Source: a virus. From it: a stretch of DNA of 37,384 nucleotides. The position numbers were made by a program, and so were the translations under genes. The DNA lies in the UHGV virus genome UHGV-0179656; one strand, given 5' to 3'. The notes under the pieces were generated by a model. That model searched no databases and was not told where the DNA came from. It worked only from the letters and a program-made list of their open reading frames with translations. Below, piece after piece: positions 17,743-26,855 of this stretch; the first letter of the stretch is position 1, and the number at the start of each line of letters is the position of its first letter.

Positions 17743-20447
17743 CACAAGAATTTATTTATGCTTATGACAAAATGCCAGATGATTTATCTGTGAATGGATT
17801 TTCTCTGGTTGATTGGGAAGACTTGCCAGAAATTAATCGAGTGTTAAACGGTCAGTATCGTTTTTATGGAAATTACGCTAGGAATGGTCAATATCGATCC
17901 TATTTGAAAAAAGGAAATTTTTTAAAAGCAAAAGTTCCTGATGGTTCATGGCAATATTTCGAAATTTACAATATCAAAAAGAATTTGACTTCGGTATCTG
18001 TTACGGCTCGTCATATTGGATTTATGGCCAACAAAAATTTCATCGTGGAATCATTTACTAGCAATGGGAATGGCACGCAAATTATGAATAGCTTAAAAAA
18101 TAATTTGGCGTTCAAACAAAAATTCAATTACCTGTCAAATGTCGGAACCACTCATCAATTCACTGCGAAGCAAGTCGCACCAGTTGAAGCGATTATTGGT
18201 TCGAACAACGGAAATCAAAATTTGACTGGTGTTGCTGATGCAGAATTGGACATGGATAATTACAATTTAAATCTAGTGAAGCAGATCGGTGCAGATAACG
18301 GATTTCGCATTGATTTTGGTGTCAATTTAGAATCAATCGAAGAGGAAATAGACGAGGAATCTATTGTAAATAGTCTGTTTCTAGTTGGTGGTGTTCCTGA
18401 TAATGACTATGACCAGGACAAAGAACCAATTTCGTATGGCTATTTAGAGATGGCAGGCGTAACAGATGAAAACCGCAGAATCGGTAAAAGAGAAAATGCC
18501 GATTGTAAAACTATCGATGAGCTTATTAAGTGGGGGAAAACACTATTTGATAACGACAGAATCCACGAACCAAAAGCCACTCATCAGGTAAGCATGGTTT
18601 CGCTTGAGCATACGCTTGAATACGGTGAAATGTATCGAAAGCTTTCAACTCTAAGCTTTGGTGATGTCGCTCACGTGAGAGCGAAAGAGCTAAATATCGA
18701 GATAAAAGAAAGGGTCGTTGAATATACCTATTTTCCAACGTTAGGAAAGTATAAAGACCTCGTTTTAGGCAATGATCTATCTCTTTACACATCGACAGTC
18801 AATTCGCAAACTCAAGAACTCAAAAAGAAAATTGATAACCGGACAGAAACGTTAGTACAAAATGTACTAAACGCAACGGCATGGATTACTGGAAATTCAG
18901 GTGGACATGTCGTTTTTCGTCCAGAAAAAGCACCATCAGAAATTCTTATCATGAACACGGCTAATGTTTCTAGTGCTAAGCGAGTTTGGCGTTGGAATTT
19001 GAATGGTTTAGGATATTCAGACAATGGAGTGAATGGCCCATTTAGTGTTGCTATGACATCAAAAGGTGAAATTGTGGCTGATTTTATTAAAGTTGGCACG
19101 ATCAATGCGGAAGTGTTTGAATCTTCGTTTAATGCTTATGGAGATGTTTTGAAACTTGTAAGAGGAACGCTTCAAATTTGGAACAACAAAAAGAAAATAA
19201 TGGAGTTAACTAAAAAAGGAATGGAATTTTGGAATTCTAAGGGTTCAATTGGAACGATTGGAACAACTGATTCTGCTGGTAATCCTTTTCCTGGAGCTTC
19301 TACTCCCACACCTATTGAAGATAATTCTTTAGTTATTCGTACAAATGGAGACGGCAAATATATTTTGATTTCTCCTAAAGTTGGTAAAGGATTAGTTTTA
19401 TTAGGAAATGGTAAAGCAATTTATTTTGGAGACTTAGATGTACAAGGCAAACTCACAGTCAACGGAAAAGAAATCACAGGGAACAACAGTGGAGGAAGTG
19501 ATCCTGGAACTATCCCTCCTCAATTGACGACGGAAGCTGAAAAAAGAGCATGGAAAATTTGGACAATGTTGAAAGCTCGTGGCTATTCTGAATATGCAGC
19601 CGCAGGTATTCTAGGAAATATTCAGGGGGAAGTTGGAGCAAGTATGAACCCTGATACAGAACAACTTGGTGGTCCAGCTTATGGGATTGTTCAATGGGAT
19701 GGTTCTGCTTATCCGTTAGTCGGATCACCAACTTGGAACGGACGAGAGTATGTTCAGCGTTTGATGAACACCGCAGGGATTCAAGAAGATTATCGAAGTA
19801 TTGAAGCCCAAGTAAAATTATTAGATTGGTGTATGTTCAACGGTCAATGGCTCGGAAAAGTAAATCCAACCACAGTATCAGGATTGAAATCGATCAATGA
19901 TGACAAAAGTGCAGCATATGTTTTTGAAATGAACTTCGAACGCCCAGCTTCTGCACATCCAGAACGCCAAAATTATGCCCAATCTTGGTATAACAAATTA
20001 CATGGATTAACTAGTCCAGAACCTGGAGGAAATTTCATTTGTCCAATTCAAAAACCAGTGACAGTTACTTCAGAATGTGGATGGAGAACAAGTCCAATAA
20101 ATGGCGGCCAAGAATTTCATAATGGAATTGATCTTGTAAATGGAAATCCTAATACACCTGTTTTTGCAGCATTAGATGGGGAAGTTGTTCAGGCTGGTGC
20201 TAATTATTACGACTGGTATGGAAATTACGTGGTTATTAAACATAATAATGGGAAGTGGACAGGTTATGCTCATTTGTCTCGTATTGATGTTTCTGTTGGA
20301 CAAAAAGTCCAGAAAGGCGCTCAAATTGGCTTGATGGGAACAACTGGTCCATCTACAGGAGAACATCTACATTTTCAAATTATGAAAAATTATTGGCCAC
20401 AGCCAGTTGTTGATTTTGAGAATCCAAGAAATTATATCCAATTTTAA
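17739..20447 (+). CDS. Tail-associated lysin (Tal). N-terminal prophage-tail endopeptidase-like region, a tail-tip lysozyme-like domain and a C-terminal M23 peptidase.
   Basis: 902 aa. Lysozyme-like domain: AAAGILGNIQGEVG...GIVQW. M23 domain: HNGIDL...YAHL...GEHLHFQI. Confidence 0.75.
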   Translation: MTQEFIYAYDKMPDDLSVNGFSLVDWEDLPEINRVLNGQYRFYGNYARNGQYRSYLKKGNFLKAKVPDGSWQYFEIYNIKKNLTSVSVTARHIGFMANKNFIVESFTSNGNGTQIMNSLKNNLAFKQKFNYLSNVGTTHQFTAKQVAPVEAIIGSNNGNQNLTGVADAELDMDNYNLNLVKQIGADNGFRIDFGVNLESIEEEIDEESIVNSLFLVGGVPDNDYDQDKEPISYGYLEMAGVTDENRRIGKRENADCKTIDELIKWGKTLFDNDRIHEPKATHQVSMVSLEHTLEYGEMYRKLSTLSFGDVAHVRAKELNIEIKERVVEYTYFPTLGKYKDLVLGNDLSLYTSTVNSQTQELKKKIDNRTETLVQNVLNATAWITGNSGGHVVFRPEKAPSEILIMNTANVSSAKRVWRWNLNGLGYSDNGVNGPFSVAMTSKGEIVADFIKVGTINAEVFESSFNAYGDVLKLVRGTLQIWNNKKKIMELTKKGMEFWNSKGSIGTIGTTDSAGNPFPGASTPTPIEDNSLVIRTNGDGKYILISPKVGKGLVLLGNGKAIYFGDLDVQGKLTVNGKEITGNNSGGSDPGTIPPQLTTEAEKRAWKIWTMLKARGYSEYAAAGILGNIQGEVGASMNPDTEQLGGPAYGIVQWDGSAYPLVGSPTWNGREYVQRLMNTAGIQEDYRSIEAQVKLLDWCMFNGQWLGKVNPTTVSGLKSINDDKSAAYVFEMNFERPASAHPERQNYAQSWYNKLHGLTSPEPGGNFICPIQKPVTVTSECGWRTSPINGGQEFHNGIDLVNGNPNTPVFAALDGEVVQAGANYYDWYGNYVVIKHNNGKWTGYAHLSRIDVSVGQKVQKGAQIGLMGTTGPSTGEHLHFQIMKNYWPQPVVDFENPRNYIQF

Positions 20448-20459
20448 GGTGGTGATTCT

Positions 20460-21374
20460 ATGAGTAAATGGAATGTCGTTTTAAGTACAACAGAACCATA
20501 TAATTATGTGGGGATGATTCAAGTTCGACAAGGCAATAAGAATACAGAGGTTATGGAAGCGACTATAGTTGAAAATGGTCTTCCCTACGATTTATCAGAA
20601 TGTAAGGTATATTTTGAATCCGTTGTAGGTGGGAAATATCCAGTCCAATTAGAAACAAAAATTGTGGATGCTAAAAAAGGGAAAATCAACTATATTTTTG
20701 ATAAATATTCCATGCAGTGTTTACATCGACAAACAGCCAATTTCATTATATTTAAAGGAGAAGACTTGATTGGAACAACTCAAGACTTCACTTATTTTGT
20801 CATTAATGCTGTTTCAAAAACAGAAGGAGAAATGGGTTCTTATTGGCAATCAATCGAAGATTTAATTGCGGATATGACGGACTTTATTAATGAAAATAAA
20901 GGCGATTTTACGGACTGGATGAATGAAAGGAAAGAAGAATTTGAACGTTGGAGACAAGAACAGGAACACAGTTTCCAAGATTGGAGAGAAGGACAAGAAT
21001 CAGACTATTTGGCATGGTTTGAATCAATCAAGGATATTTTAAAGACGATTGATCCTGGTGGAACAATGCTTGCGGAATTAGTGGATGCGAGAGTAGATAT
21101 TCAAGGAAAACGACACAATTCAATTTCAGAACGTTTGCTTGCGGATATGGATTATTTATATGAAAAATTGAGGAAAAGCTTATTTACTATCGAATATGAT
21201 GAAATTGAAATGATGGATATCTTACAAGATGATTTATTTTCTACCACCCATGAAGTGGAAGAAATTTCTGATGTGACATGCGAAGAAATAGATGGAGCAT
21301 TGATTATTGCAACAATTGATGATAAAAAACAAAATGTTTTTATATTAGAAGAAGTGGGTGAGATCAATGGTTAA
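20460..21374 (+). CDS. BppU-family (baseplate upper protein-like) tail/baseplate protein
   Basis: The N-terminus IQVRQGNKNTEVMEATIVENGLPYDLSECKVYF resembles the BppU N-domain. The C-terminus is an acidic coiled coil. Confidence 0.45.
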   Translation: MSKWNVVLSTTEPYNYVGMIQVRQGNKNTEVMEATIVENGLPYDLSECKVYFESVVGGKYPVQLETKIVDAKKGKINYIFDKYSMQCLHRQTANFIIFKGEDLIGTTQDFTYFVINAVSKTEGEMGSYWQSIEDLIADMTDFINENKGDFTDWMNERKEEFERWRQEQEHSFQDWREGQESDYLAWFESIKDILKTIDPGGTMLAELVDARVDIQGKRHNSISERLLADMDYLYEKLRKSLFTIEYDEIEMMDILQDDLFSTTHEVEEISDVTCEEIDGALIIATIDDKKQNVFILEEVGEING

Positions 21375-21594
21375 GAAAAAAAGAATGATGGAAACTGATG
21401 AGTCTGGGGTACAGCGTCAGTTCATGCCTACGACACATGTTTCTGCTGTATTAGGATTAGATAAAGCAATTGACAAGAAGATGAGAAATCAAAGTAGATC
21501 ATATTCTAATATTTCTTTAAAACCTGAAGAATATCAAAAAATTCGTCAAATTATAGCTGATTATGATGCAGGACGATTAGGAAATCATCCATAA
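21367..21594 (+). CDS. Hypothetical phage protein
   Basis: Small ORF. The track starts at GTG 21358. Confidence 0.35.
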   Translation: MVKKKRMMETDESGVQRQFMPTTHVSAVLGLDKAIDKKMRNQSRSYSNISLKPEEYQKIRQIIADYDAGRLGNHP

Positions 21595-21607
21595 GGAGGA
21601 ATAGAAA

Positions 21608-22144
21608 ATGTCCAGTATTTTAGGAAAAATTATTCAGTTAAAAGAGAACGGTGTACCTAAATTTTTAAGAACACATGTTAATGCTATTGAAGGAAAAGAA
21701 GAATTAGTTCAAACTTCTGGGAATCAATCAATCGATGGTCTAAAAGATTTCCAACAAACACCAACAGTGAATGATACACCAGTAGCTTTAGATCGTTTTG
21801 TTTCAAAAACAGTAAAAACAACGAATACAACAGATTTTACCAATGAAAGTTCAGTCAGATTTGAACGATGTGGACGAAGTGTAGTGGCTAATTTTGCGAT
21901 TACAAATAAATCAGCAAATTTTGCTGGATGGAAAAATTTAATGGCTTTTCCAAAAGGATATACTCCGATTTCGTTAACAGGTTGGGGTGGAACTTTGGCG
22001 AATAAAACCAATCGAAATCCTGCATTATCTGTTTATGCGAATGCTTCGGGAATTACTGTAATGGTTTCTACTACAAATTTACCAGAAAATCAAACTTGTT
22101 CTGGAACCATCGTCTATTTTACAAATGATGCGTGGCCAAATTAA
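21608..22144 (+). CDS. Hypothetical tail/baseplate protein (possible receptor-binding component)
   Basis: 178 aa with RBS aaggagga. Located in the baseplate region. Confidence 0.45.
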   Translation: MSSILGKIIQLKENGVPKFLRTHVNAIEGKEELVQTSGNQSIDGLKDFQQTPTVNDTPVALDRFVSKTVKTTNTTDFTNESSVRFERCGRSVVANFAITNKSANFAGWKNLMAFPKGYTPISLTGWGGTLANKTNRNPALSVYANASGITVMVSTTNLPENQTCSGTIVYFTNDAWPN

Positions 22145-22159
22145 TAGGAGGAATAACTA

Positions 22160-22513
22160 ATGAAAACAATGTATGAATATATGTATCCAGTCGGTTGTAA
22201 GGTATGGGAAAACATGCCAGATGATTTTCCAGAAGGAGTGCCGTATACCTCTGTACCACCATTGCCAGATATTCCATTAGATCGTCAATTTTGGAATCCG
22301 AGGGAGCGGAAATGGGAAGAAGTTGTTACGCAGGATTTCTCTAAAAAATTGGAGTTGTTAGAAGAAATCCATCGTAAAACTGAACAACAACTTGAACAAG
22401 TTCAAGAAGAAAATCAATCTTTCAAAAAGAGTAACGAAGCCTTGAATAATCAAGTGACAGATTTACAAGTAGCAATGACCGAAATTTATGAATCTTCATT
22501 AGGGAGTGAGTAA
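22160..22513 (+). CDS. Hypothetical phage protein with a C-terminal coiled coil
   Basis: 117 aa with RBS aggagga. Confidence 0.45.
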   Translation: MKTMYEYMYPVGCKVWENMPDDFPEGVPYTSVPPLPDIPLDRQFWNPRERKWEEVVTQDFSKKLELLEEIHRKTEQQLEQVQEENQSFKKSNEALNNQVTDLQVAMTEIYESSLGSE

Positions 22514-22515
22514 CA

Positions 22516-22629
22516 TGGAAAACATCTATGCGGACTTAATCAGAAAAGGAAAGAAAACGATTGATGATGTGCCAAAAACACTAAAAAAGAAAGTTCAAGC
22601 TATTCTAGCTCAAGATGCGACTGAGTAGA
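22516..22629 (+). CDS. 37-aa XkdX-like mini-protein
   Basis: MENIYADLIRKGKKTIDDVPKTLKKKVQAILAQDATE. Below the ORF-track cutoff. Overlapping start with the previous stop. Confidence 0.35.
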
Positions 22630-22663
22630 ATAGCTTTTATTATTTGGGAAGGAGGTGTAGTAA

Positions 22664-24088
22664 ATGACGTTTAAAAAAATTGGTCGAATAAAAGTCAATA
22701 CAAAAGTAAAGGGAAGACATGGCCAAGATACAGGATTTGTTTTTTATAGTTACGACAAAGGTTCTGCCGCATTAGAATTTTTGTTCCGTGATCAAGATTA
22801 CCAAATTGTTGATCTCACTAATACCATATTTAAAATCTTACTGACTATCGAACAAGATGGCCAAGAAAAGAAATTCACTGCAATCGATAGTCAATCGATT
22901 ATTAATCATCCAGAAATTGGAGTTGTGACCTATCCTTTACCTGATCAGTTGTTAAACTATGAAGGTGAAGTTAAAGGGTATGTATATCTTGACTTTGAAG
23001 ATGGTTCACATAGCGATGAGTCAGCCTTCACTTTTACGATTGTTCGTTCAAAAATTGACAGTGAAATCGAAGAAGCAAGTGAGATATACATCAAAGACTT
23101 TGAACAAGTGAAAAAAGAAATCGTTGAATTAGCGAAACGAGAAAAAGAAGAGATTGAAGCCCTTCGACCTTCCCTAGAGGGAAGTGTGCAACAATTAACT
23201 GAACAAGTTCAAACGATTGGTCAAAAAGTAGAAGTTACACAAACAGAGGCCAATCGATTATTGCAACTCATTGATGAGAATGAATTATTCACGAAAAAAG
23301 AATTGATTGAGGCATTTACGAAAGGTTATTTCGAGGTATCACGGTCACTTGATTTTAAAGGAAAAGTGGTCGGTAGTATGGCTGAAAATCCCAATATTGC
23401 TAGTCAAGTCAATTTTCTTTCTGAAAACAGGCTTGAAATGCCTACTCCTTACACGCGTTATCCTGAAGTTAATGCTTATCCAAGTGCAGTCAATGCAATG
23501 GGTTATGAAGCTCTACGTGGAACTATAACATATAATTCTAGTTTATCTGGTTCCGATAATAATCCTAACTATCCTTATTTACGCATCCAATGGAATGTAG
23601 TGGAGGAAGTCAAACGATGGTTAGGAGAAGATTATTATGAAACATTAGGTACAAATACATTAGAACAACAAGTTCAATTGATTGAAAAAGGGATGGTTTC
23701 TATCACTCCAAGTACCTATGGGTATGGTTATCATGGAACGGTAGCTGATAGTTGGAGTAACGGACAAGGAGGAATGGGGAGTTTATGGTATGACAATCAT
23801 TTAGAACAATGGAGAGAATATCAACGAAATCCAGAAAAAAGATTTCAAACAATGTCCGCTTCAGTTGTAAAAAATGGAAGTGAACAATTCTTAGATTCAC
23901 AAGGACGAGTGAATATTCTCATGATGGGTGAAAAAGGGGCGTATATTTCTTTGTATTATGGAAAATCTACGTTGCAGTTTACTTATCGAATTTATTTGAC
24001 GGATATTCTCTATTATAAGCGAGATCCTACCATTGACCGTATGCAAACGCAAATTCAACAATTATGGAATGAAGTATTCAAACATTAG
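22664..24088 (+). CDS. BppU-like tail fibre / baseplate protein, putative receptor-binding
   Basis: 474 aa. BppU-N-like N-terminus (KVKGRHGQDTGFVFYSYDKGSAALEF), a central coiled coil and a Gly/aromatic-rich C-terminus. RBS ggaaggaggtg. Confidence 0.45.
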   Translation: MTFKKIGRIKVNTKVKGRHGQDTGFVFYSYDKGSAALEFLFRDQDYQIVDLTNTIFKILLTIEQDGQEKKFTAIDSQSIINHPEIGVVTYPLPDQLLNYEGEVKGYVYLDFEDGSHSDESAFTFTIVRSKIDSEIEEASEIYIKDFEQVKKEIVELAKREKEEIEALRPSLEGSVQQLTEQVQTIGQKVEVTQTEANRLLQLIDENELFTKKELIEAFTKGYFEVSRSLDFKGKVVGSMAENPNIASQVNFLSENRLEMPTPYTRYPEVNAYPSAVNAMGYEALRGTITYNSSLSGSDNNPNYPYLRIQWNVVEEVKRWLGEDYYETLGTNTLEQQVQLIEKGMVSITPSTYGYGYHGTVADSWSNGQGGMGSLWYDNHLEQWREYQRNPEKRFQTMSASVVKNGSEQFLDSQGRVNILMMGEKGAYISLYYGKSTLQFTYRIYLTDILYYKRDPTIDRMQTQIQQLWNEVFKH

Positions 24089-24099
24089 GAGGAAGATTT

Positions 24100-24432
24100 A
24101 TGAATGAAAATATGAAAGTTGTTTATAAAGTAGTCGGACAAAGTTATGAAGTGTGGTTTGCACCAAAAGAATCAACGACTTCACGACCATTTACAGAAGT
24201 AGAACCACCTAAAGGACCAGATGTAATGATTGCTGGTTTTGATTGGGAAAACAATCAGTGGATTTGGGTGAAAGGAGTTCCTTATGATCAGTATGTCCGC
24301 TCCAATCAGGTAGCAGCGAATACCATGAAAGAATTAACAAAACTGAAAAAAATGGTGGAAAGAATTCAAGATGTTGTATTTCCAAATGAGGCAGTAATTA
24401 CAGAAGGAGGCGTGCCAAATGTATCCAAGTAA
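24100..24432 (+). CDS. Hypothetical protein in the XkdW-like position
   Basis: 110 aa with RBS aggaggaag, sited between the fibre and XkdX-like genes. Confidence 0.4.
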   Translation: MNENMKVVYKVVGQSYEVWFAPKESTTSRPFTEVEPPKGPDVMIAGFDWENNQWIWVKGVPYDQYVRSNQVAANTMKELTKLKKMVERIQDVVFPNEAVITEGGVPNVSK

Positions 24433-24553
24433 AGAAGACATCCAATTTTTCTATGATTTAGGTGTGTATACTAAAGCAGACGTTATGAGTTATGTGGCAC
24501 AAGGAAGTATTACGGAAGAAGAAGCAGATAAAATTATTAATAAAGAAAGTTAA
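24419..24553 (+). CDS. XkdX-family mini-protein (44 aa)
   Basis: MYPSKEDIQFFYDLGVYTKADVMSYVAQGSITEEEADKIINKES has the classic XkdX signature (YxLGxYTKxDV...GxIT.EE). Not in the ORF track. Confidence 0.55.
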   Translation: MYPSKEDIQFFYDLGVYTKADVMSYVAQGSITEEEADKIINKES

Positions 24554-24554
24554 G

Positions 24555-24581
24555 GCATGCTCCGTGGAGTGTGCTTTTTTT
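24555..24581 (+). terminator. Rho-independent terminator before the lysis cassette
   Basis: Stem gcatgctc/gagtgtgc with two G.U pairs, then T7. Confidence 0.5.
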
Positions 24582-24600
24582 GTTGGAAAGTTGGTGAACT

Positions 24601-24822
24601 ATGAGTATTGATGAGATTATTTCTGCTTTAAGTATTGCAGGAACATTGGTTGGTACGTTTGCAGGCATTGTTTTTTCAAATAAACTGACCATTTATCGAA
24701 TTGAACAATTGGAGAAAAAAGTTGAAAAGCATAACCATATTGTTGAACGTACTTTTCTATTAGAAGGACGGATGAATGAAGCAGAACACGATATTCAGAA
24801 AATGAAAGGAGGCGAGAAGTAA
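24601..24822 (+). CDS. XhlA-like holin-associated membrane protein
   Basis: 73 aa with one N-terminal TM helix and a coiled coil. Sited directly before the holin, matching the PBSX xhlA-xhlB-xlyA layout. Confidence 0.55.
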   Translation: MSIDEIISALSIAGTLVGTFAGIVFSNKLTIYRIEQLEKKVEKHNHIVERTFLLEGRMNEAEHDIQKMKGGEK

Positions 24823-25025
24823 TGATTTTACCCGATAAATATTATCAAATTATTAAATGGACAGTACTTACGGTATTGCCTGCTTTATCTGTATTAGTAG
24901 CCACATTAGGCAAAGCATATGGATGGAATGAAACTGATATGACAGTATTAACTATCAATGCTATAGCAACATTTTTAGGAGTAATTACAGGGGTATCAGC
25001 TTACAACTTAAAAGATAAGGAGTAA
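24822..25025 (+). CDS. Holin
   Basis: 67 aa with two TM helices and a charged C-terminus. RBS aaaggagg. Sited before the endolysin. Confidence 0.65.
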   Translation: MILPDKYYQIIKWTVLTVLPALSVLVATLGKAYGWNETDMTVLTINAIATFLGVITGVSAYNLKDKE

Positions 25026-25029
25026 ACGA

Positions 25030-26295
25030 ATGAAAAAGAAAATTTTAGTAGGAGCTCTCGTAGCTCTTTTTTTGTTGCCTATAAATGTTTTTGCCGCCAA
25101 AGGCGATCAGGGTGTGGATTGGGCGATTTATCAAGGAGATCAAGGGCGTTTTGGTTATGCTCATGATAAATTTGCGATTGCTCAAATTGGCGGGTATAAC
25201 GCTAATGGCATTTACGAGCAGTCCACGTACAAAACACAAGTAGCAAGTGCTATTGCTCAAGGCAAACGAGCGCATACCTATATCTGGTATGACACCTATG
25301 GAAACATGGATATCGCTAAACAGACAATAGATTATTTCTTACCCAAGATTCAAACACCTAAAGACTCGATTGTAGCTTTAGATTTTGAACACGGCGCTAG
25401 TTCTGATAGAAATGCAAATACAGAAACAATTTTGTACGGTATGCGACGTATTAGACAAGTTGGGTATACACCAATGTATTATAGCTATAAACCTTTCACA
25501 TTAAAATATGTTGATTATAAGAGAATTATTAAAGAATTTCCTAACTCTTTATGGATTGCCGGGTATCCTAGCTATAATGTAACTCCAGAACCGCTGTATA
25601 ACTATTTTCCAAGTATGGATGGGGTCGCTATTTGGCAGTTTACATCTACTTATATTGCAGGGGGATTGGATGGGAATGTCGATTTAACAGGGATCACTGA
25701 TAATGGCTATACTAACTCAGACAAACCGGAAACAGATACTCCAGCAATTAATGCGGGCGAAGAAACGAGTGAAAAACCAAAATCAGAGATCAAAACTGGC
25801 GACACTGTTAAAGTGAATTTCTCAGCGAAAAACTGGGCAACTGGAGAAGCAATCCCACAATGGGTAAAAGGTGAAAGTTACAAAGTACAGCAAGTAGATG
25901 GTAATAAAATTTTACTTGCGAATATTTTATCTTGGATCGACAAAGCTAATGTAGAACTTTTACCAGATTCTACGACAGTTACAGAACAACCATCAGCTGT
26001 TCAAACTCATGTTGTTCAACATGGCGAAACTTTATCTTCAATCGCTACAAGATATAGCACCACATATCAAGCTTTAGCATCACTAAATGGATTAAGTAAT
26101 CCAAACATGATTTATGCTGGTCAAGTGTTAAAAGTAAGTGGTGTCGCAAGTGCAACTAGAACATATACAGTTCAATATGGGGATAATCTTTCTTCGATCG
26201 CGACTAAATTAGGAATAACCTATCAATCATTGGCACAGCGCAATGGATTATCCAATCCTAATTTGATTTATCCGGGTCAGACACTTTCATATTAA
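25030..26295 (+). CDS. Endolysin: N-terminal signal peptide, GH25 muramidase and two C-terminal LysM repeats
   Basis: MKKKILVGALVALFLLPINVFA|AKG signal peptide. GH25-like catalytic region. Two LysM motifs (HVVQHGETLSSIA..., YTVQYGDNLSSIA...). Confidence 0.8.
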   Translation: MKKKILVGALVALFLLPINVFAAKGDQGVDWAIYQGDQGRFGYAHDKFAIAQIGGYNANGIYEQSTYKTQVASAIAQGKRAHTYIWYDTYGNMDIAKQTIDYFLPKIQTPKDSIVALDFEHGASSDRNANTETILYGMRRIRQVGYTPMYYSYKPFTLKYVDYKRIIKEFPNSLWIAGYPSYNVTPEPLYNYFPSMDGVAIWQFTSTYIAGGLDGNVDLTGITDNGYTNSDKPETDTPAINAGEETSEKPKSEIKTGDTVKVNFSAKNWATGEAIPQWVKGESYKVQQVDGNKILLANILSWIDKANVELLPDSTTVTEQPSAVQTHVVQHGETLSSIATRYSTTYQALASLNGLSNPNMIYAGQVLKVSGVASATRTYTVQYGDNLSSIATKLGITYQSLAQRNGLSNPNLIYPGQTLSY

Positions 26296-26300
26296 AAAAA

Positions 26301-26317
26301 GCTCCTCGTTGAGGAGC
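26301..26317. terminator. Hairpin after the endolysin, possibly a bidirectional terminator
   Basis: gctcctc gtt gaggagc, with an A7 run on the 5' side (a T-run on the minus strand). No T-run on the 3' side. Confidence 0.35.
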
Positions 26318-26330
26318 ATTACATAACTAT

Positions 26331-26366
26331 ATTGACAACTATAAAAATTATTCGATAAAATAGTGA
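26331..26366 (+). promoter_or_regulatory. Sigma-A-like promoter upstream of the tRNA
   Basis: TTGACA, a 17-bp spacer, then GATAAAAT (-10-like). Confidence 0.4.
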
Positions 26367-26483
26367 TGTTATCGCATAGTTTTACTCTCACTCATAACTA
26401 ATCATATTTCGAGCTATGCGATAATAGGTTGGTTGCCAACAATGTTCCCCCCTTTTTAGTAAACACATTGTTGGTAATAACCT

Positions 26484-26557
26484 GTACCCTTAGCTCAGTT
26501 GGTCAGAGCAGACGGCTCATAACCGTCCGGTCGTAGGTTCGAGTCCTACAGGGTACA
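26484..26557 (+). tRNA. tRNA-Met (anticodon CAT). It could also be elongator Met, initiator Met or lysidine Ile2.
   Basis: Manual cloverleaf: acceptor GTACCCT/AGGGTAC, D stem GCTC/GAGC, anticodon stem GACGG/CCGTC with loop CTCATAA, T stem GTAGG/CCTAC with loop TTCGAGT, discriminator A. No encoded CCA. Confidence 0.8.
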
Positions 26558-26586
26558 TAAGATAAATTCAGTTCATTAACCGTTTG

Positions 26587-26602
26587 TCGAACACTTACCC
26601 GA
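26587..26602 (-). repeat. Copy 1 (inverted, one G short) of the 18-bp motif TCGGGTAAGTGTTCGGAC, 30 bp past the tRNA 3' end
   Basis: The reverse complement of 26587..26602 is cgggtaagtgttcgac. Confidence 0.7.
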
Positions 26603-26765
26603 TTAGAATTTTAAATACGTTTTTGACTACGTTTTGAAATTTAGTTAGTACTAATATTTTATAACTAGAAGCAAAAATTAGGGTAAATCGCTAAAATATG
26701 CTAGTAAATTTCTTCTATTACCAATCATATATAAATCCTGTACCTTCCTTATATAACATTTCATA

Positions 26766-26826
26766 ATAGAGGCGAAAACATTGATATACAGGCATTTGCT
26801 TGCAATGTTTTCGCCTCTGTTTTTTT
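26766..26826 (+). terminator. Strong rho-independent terminator between the tRNA and the 3' end of int
   Basis: Perfect 16-bp stem agaggcgaaaacattg/caatgttttcgcctct, a 19-nt loop, then GTTTTTTT. Confidence 0.7.
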
Positions 26827-26855
26827 GTTTGAATACGTCTTTGAATACGATCTGC

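Noticed and set aside
26737-26746. 9-bp match (cctgtacct) to the 5' end of the tRNA, considered as an att core duplicate.
   Set aside because: It is too short to be significant. It matches the tRNA 5' end rather than the 3' end, which is what phage integration duplicates.
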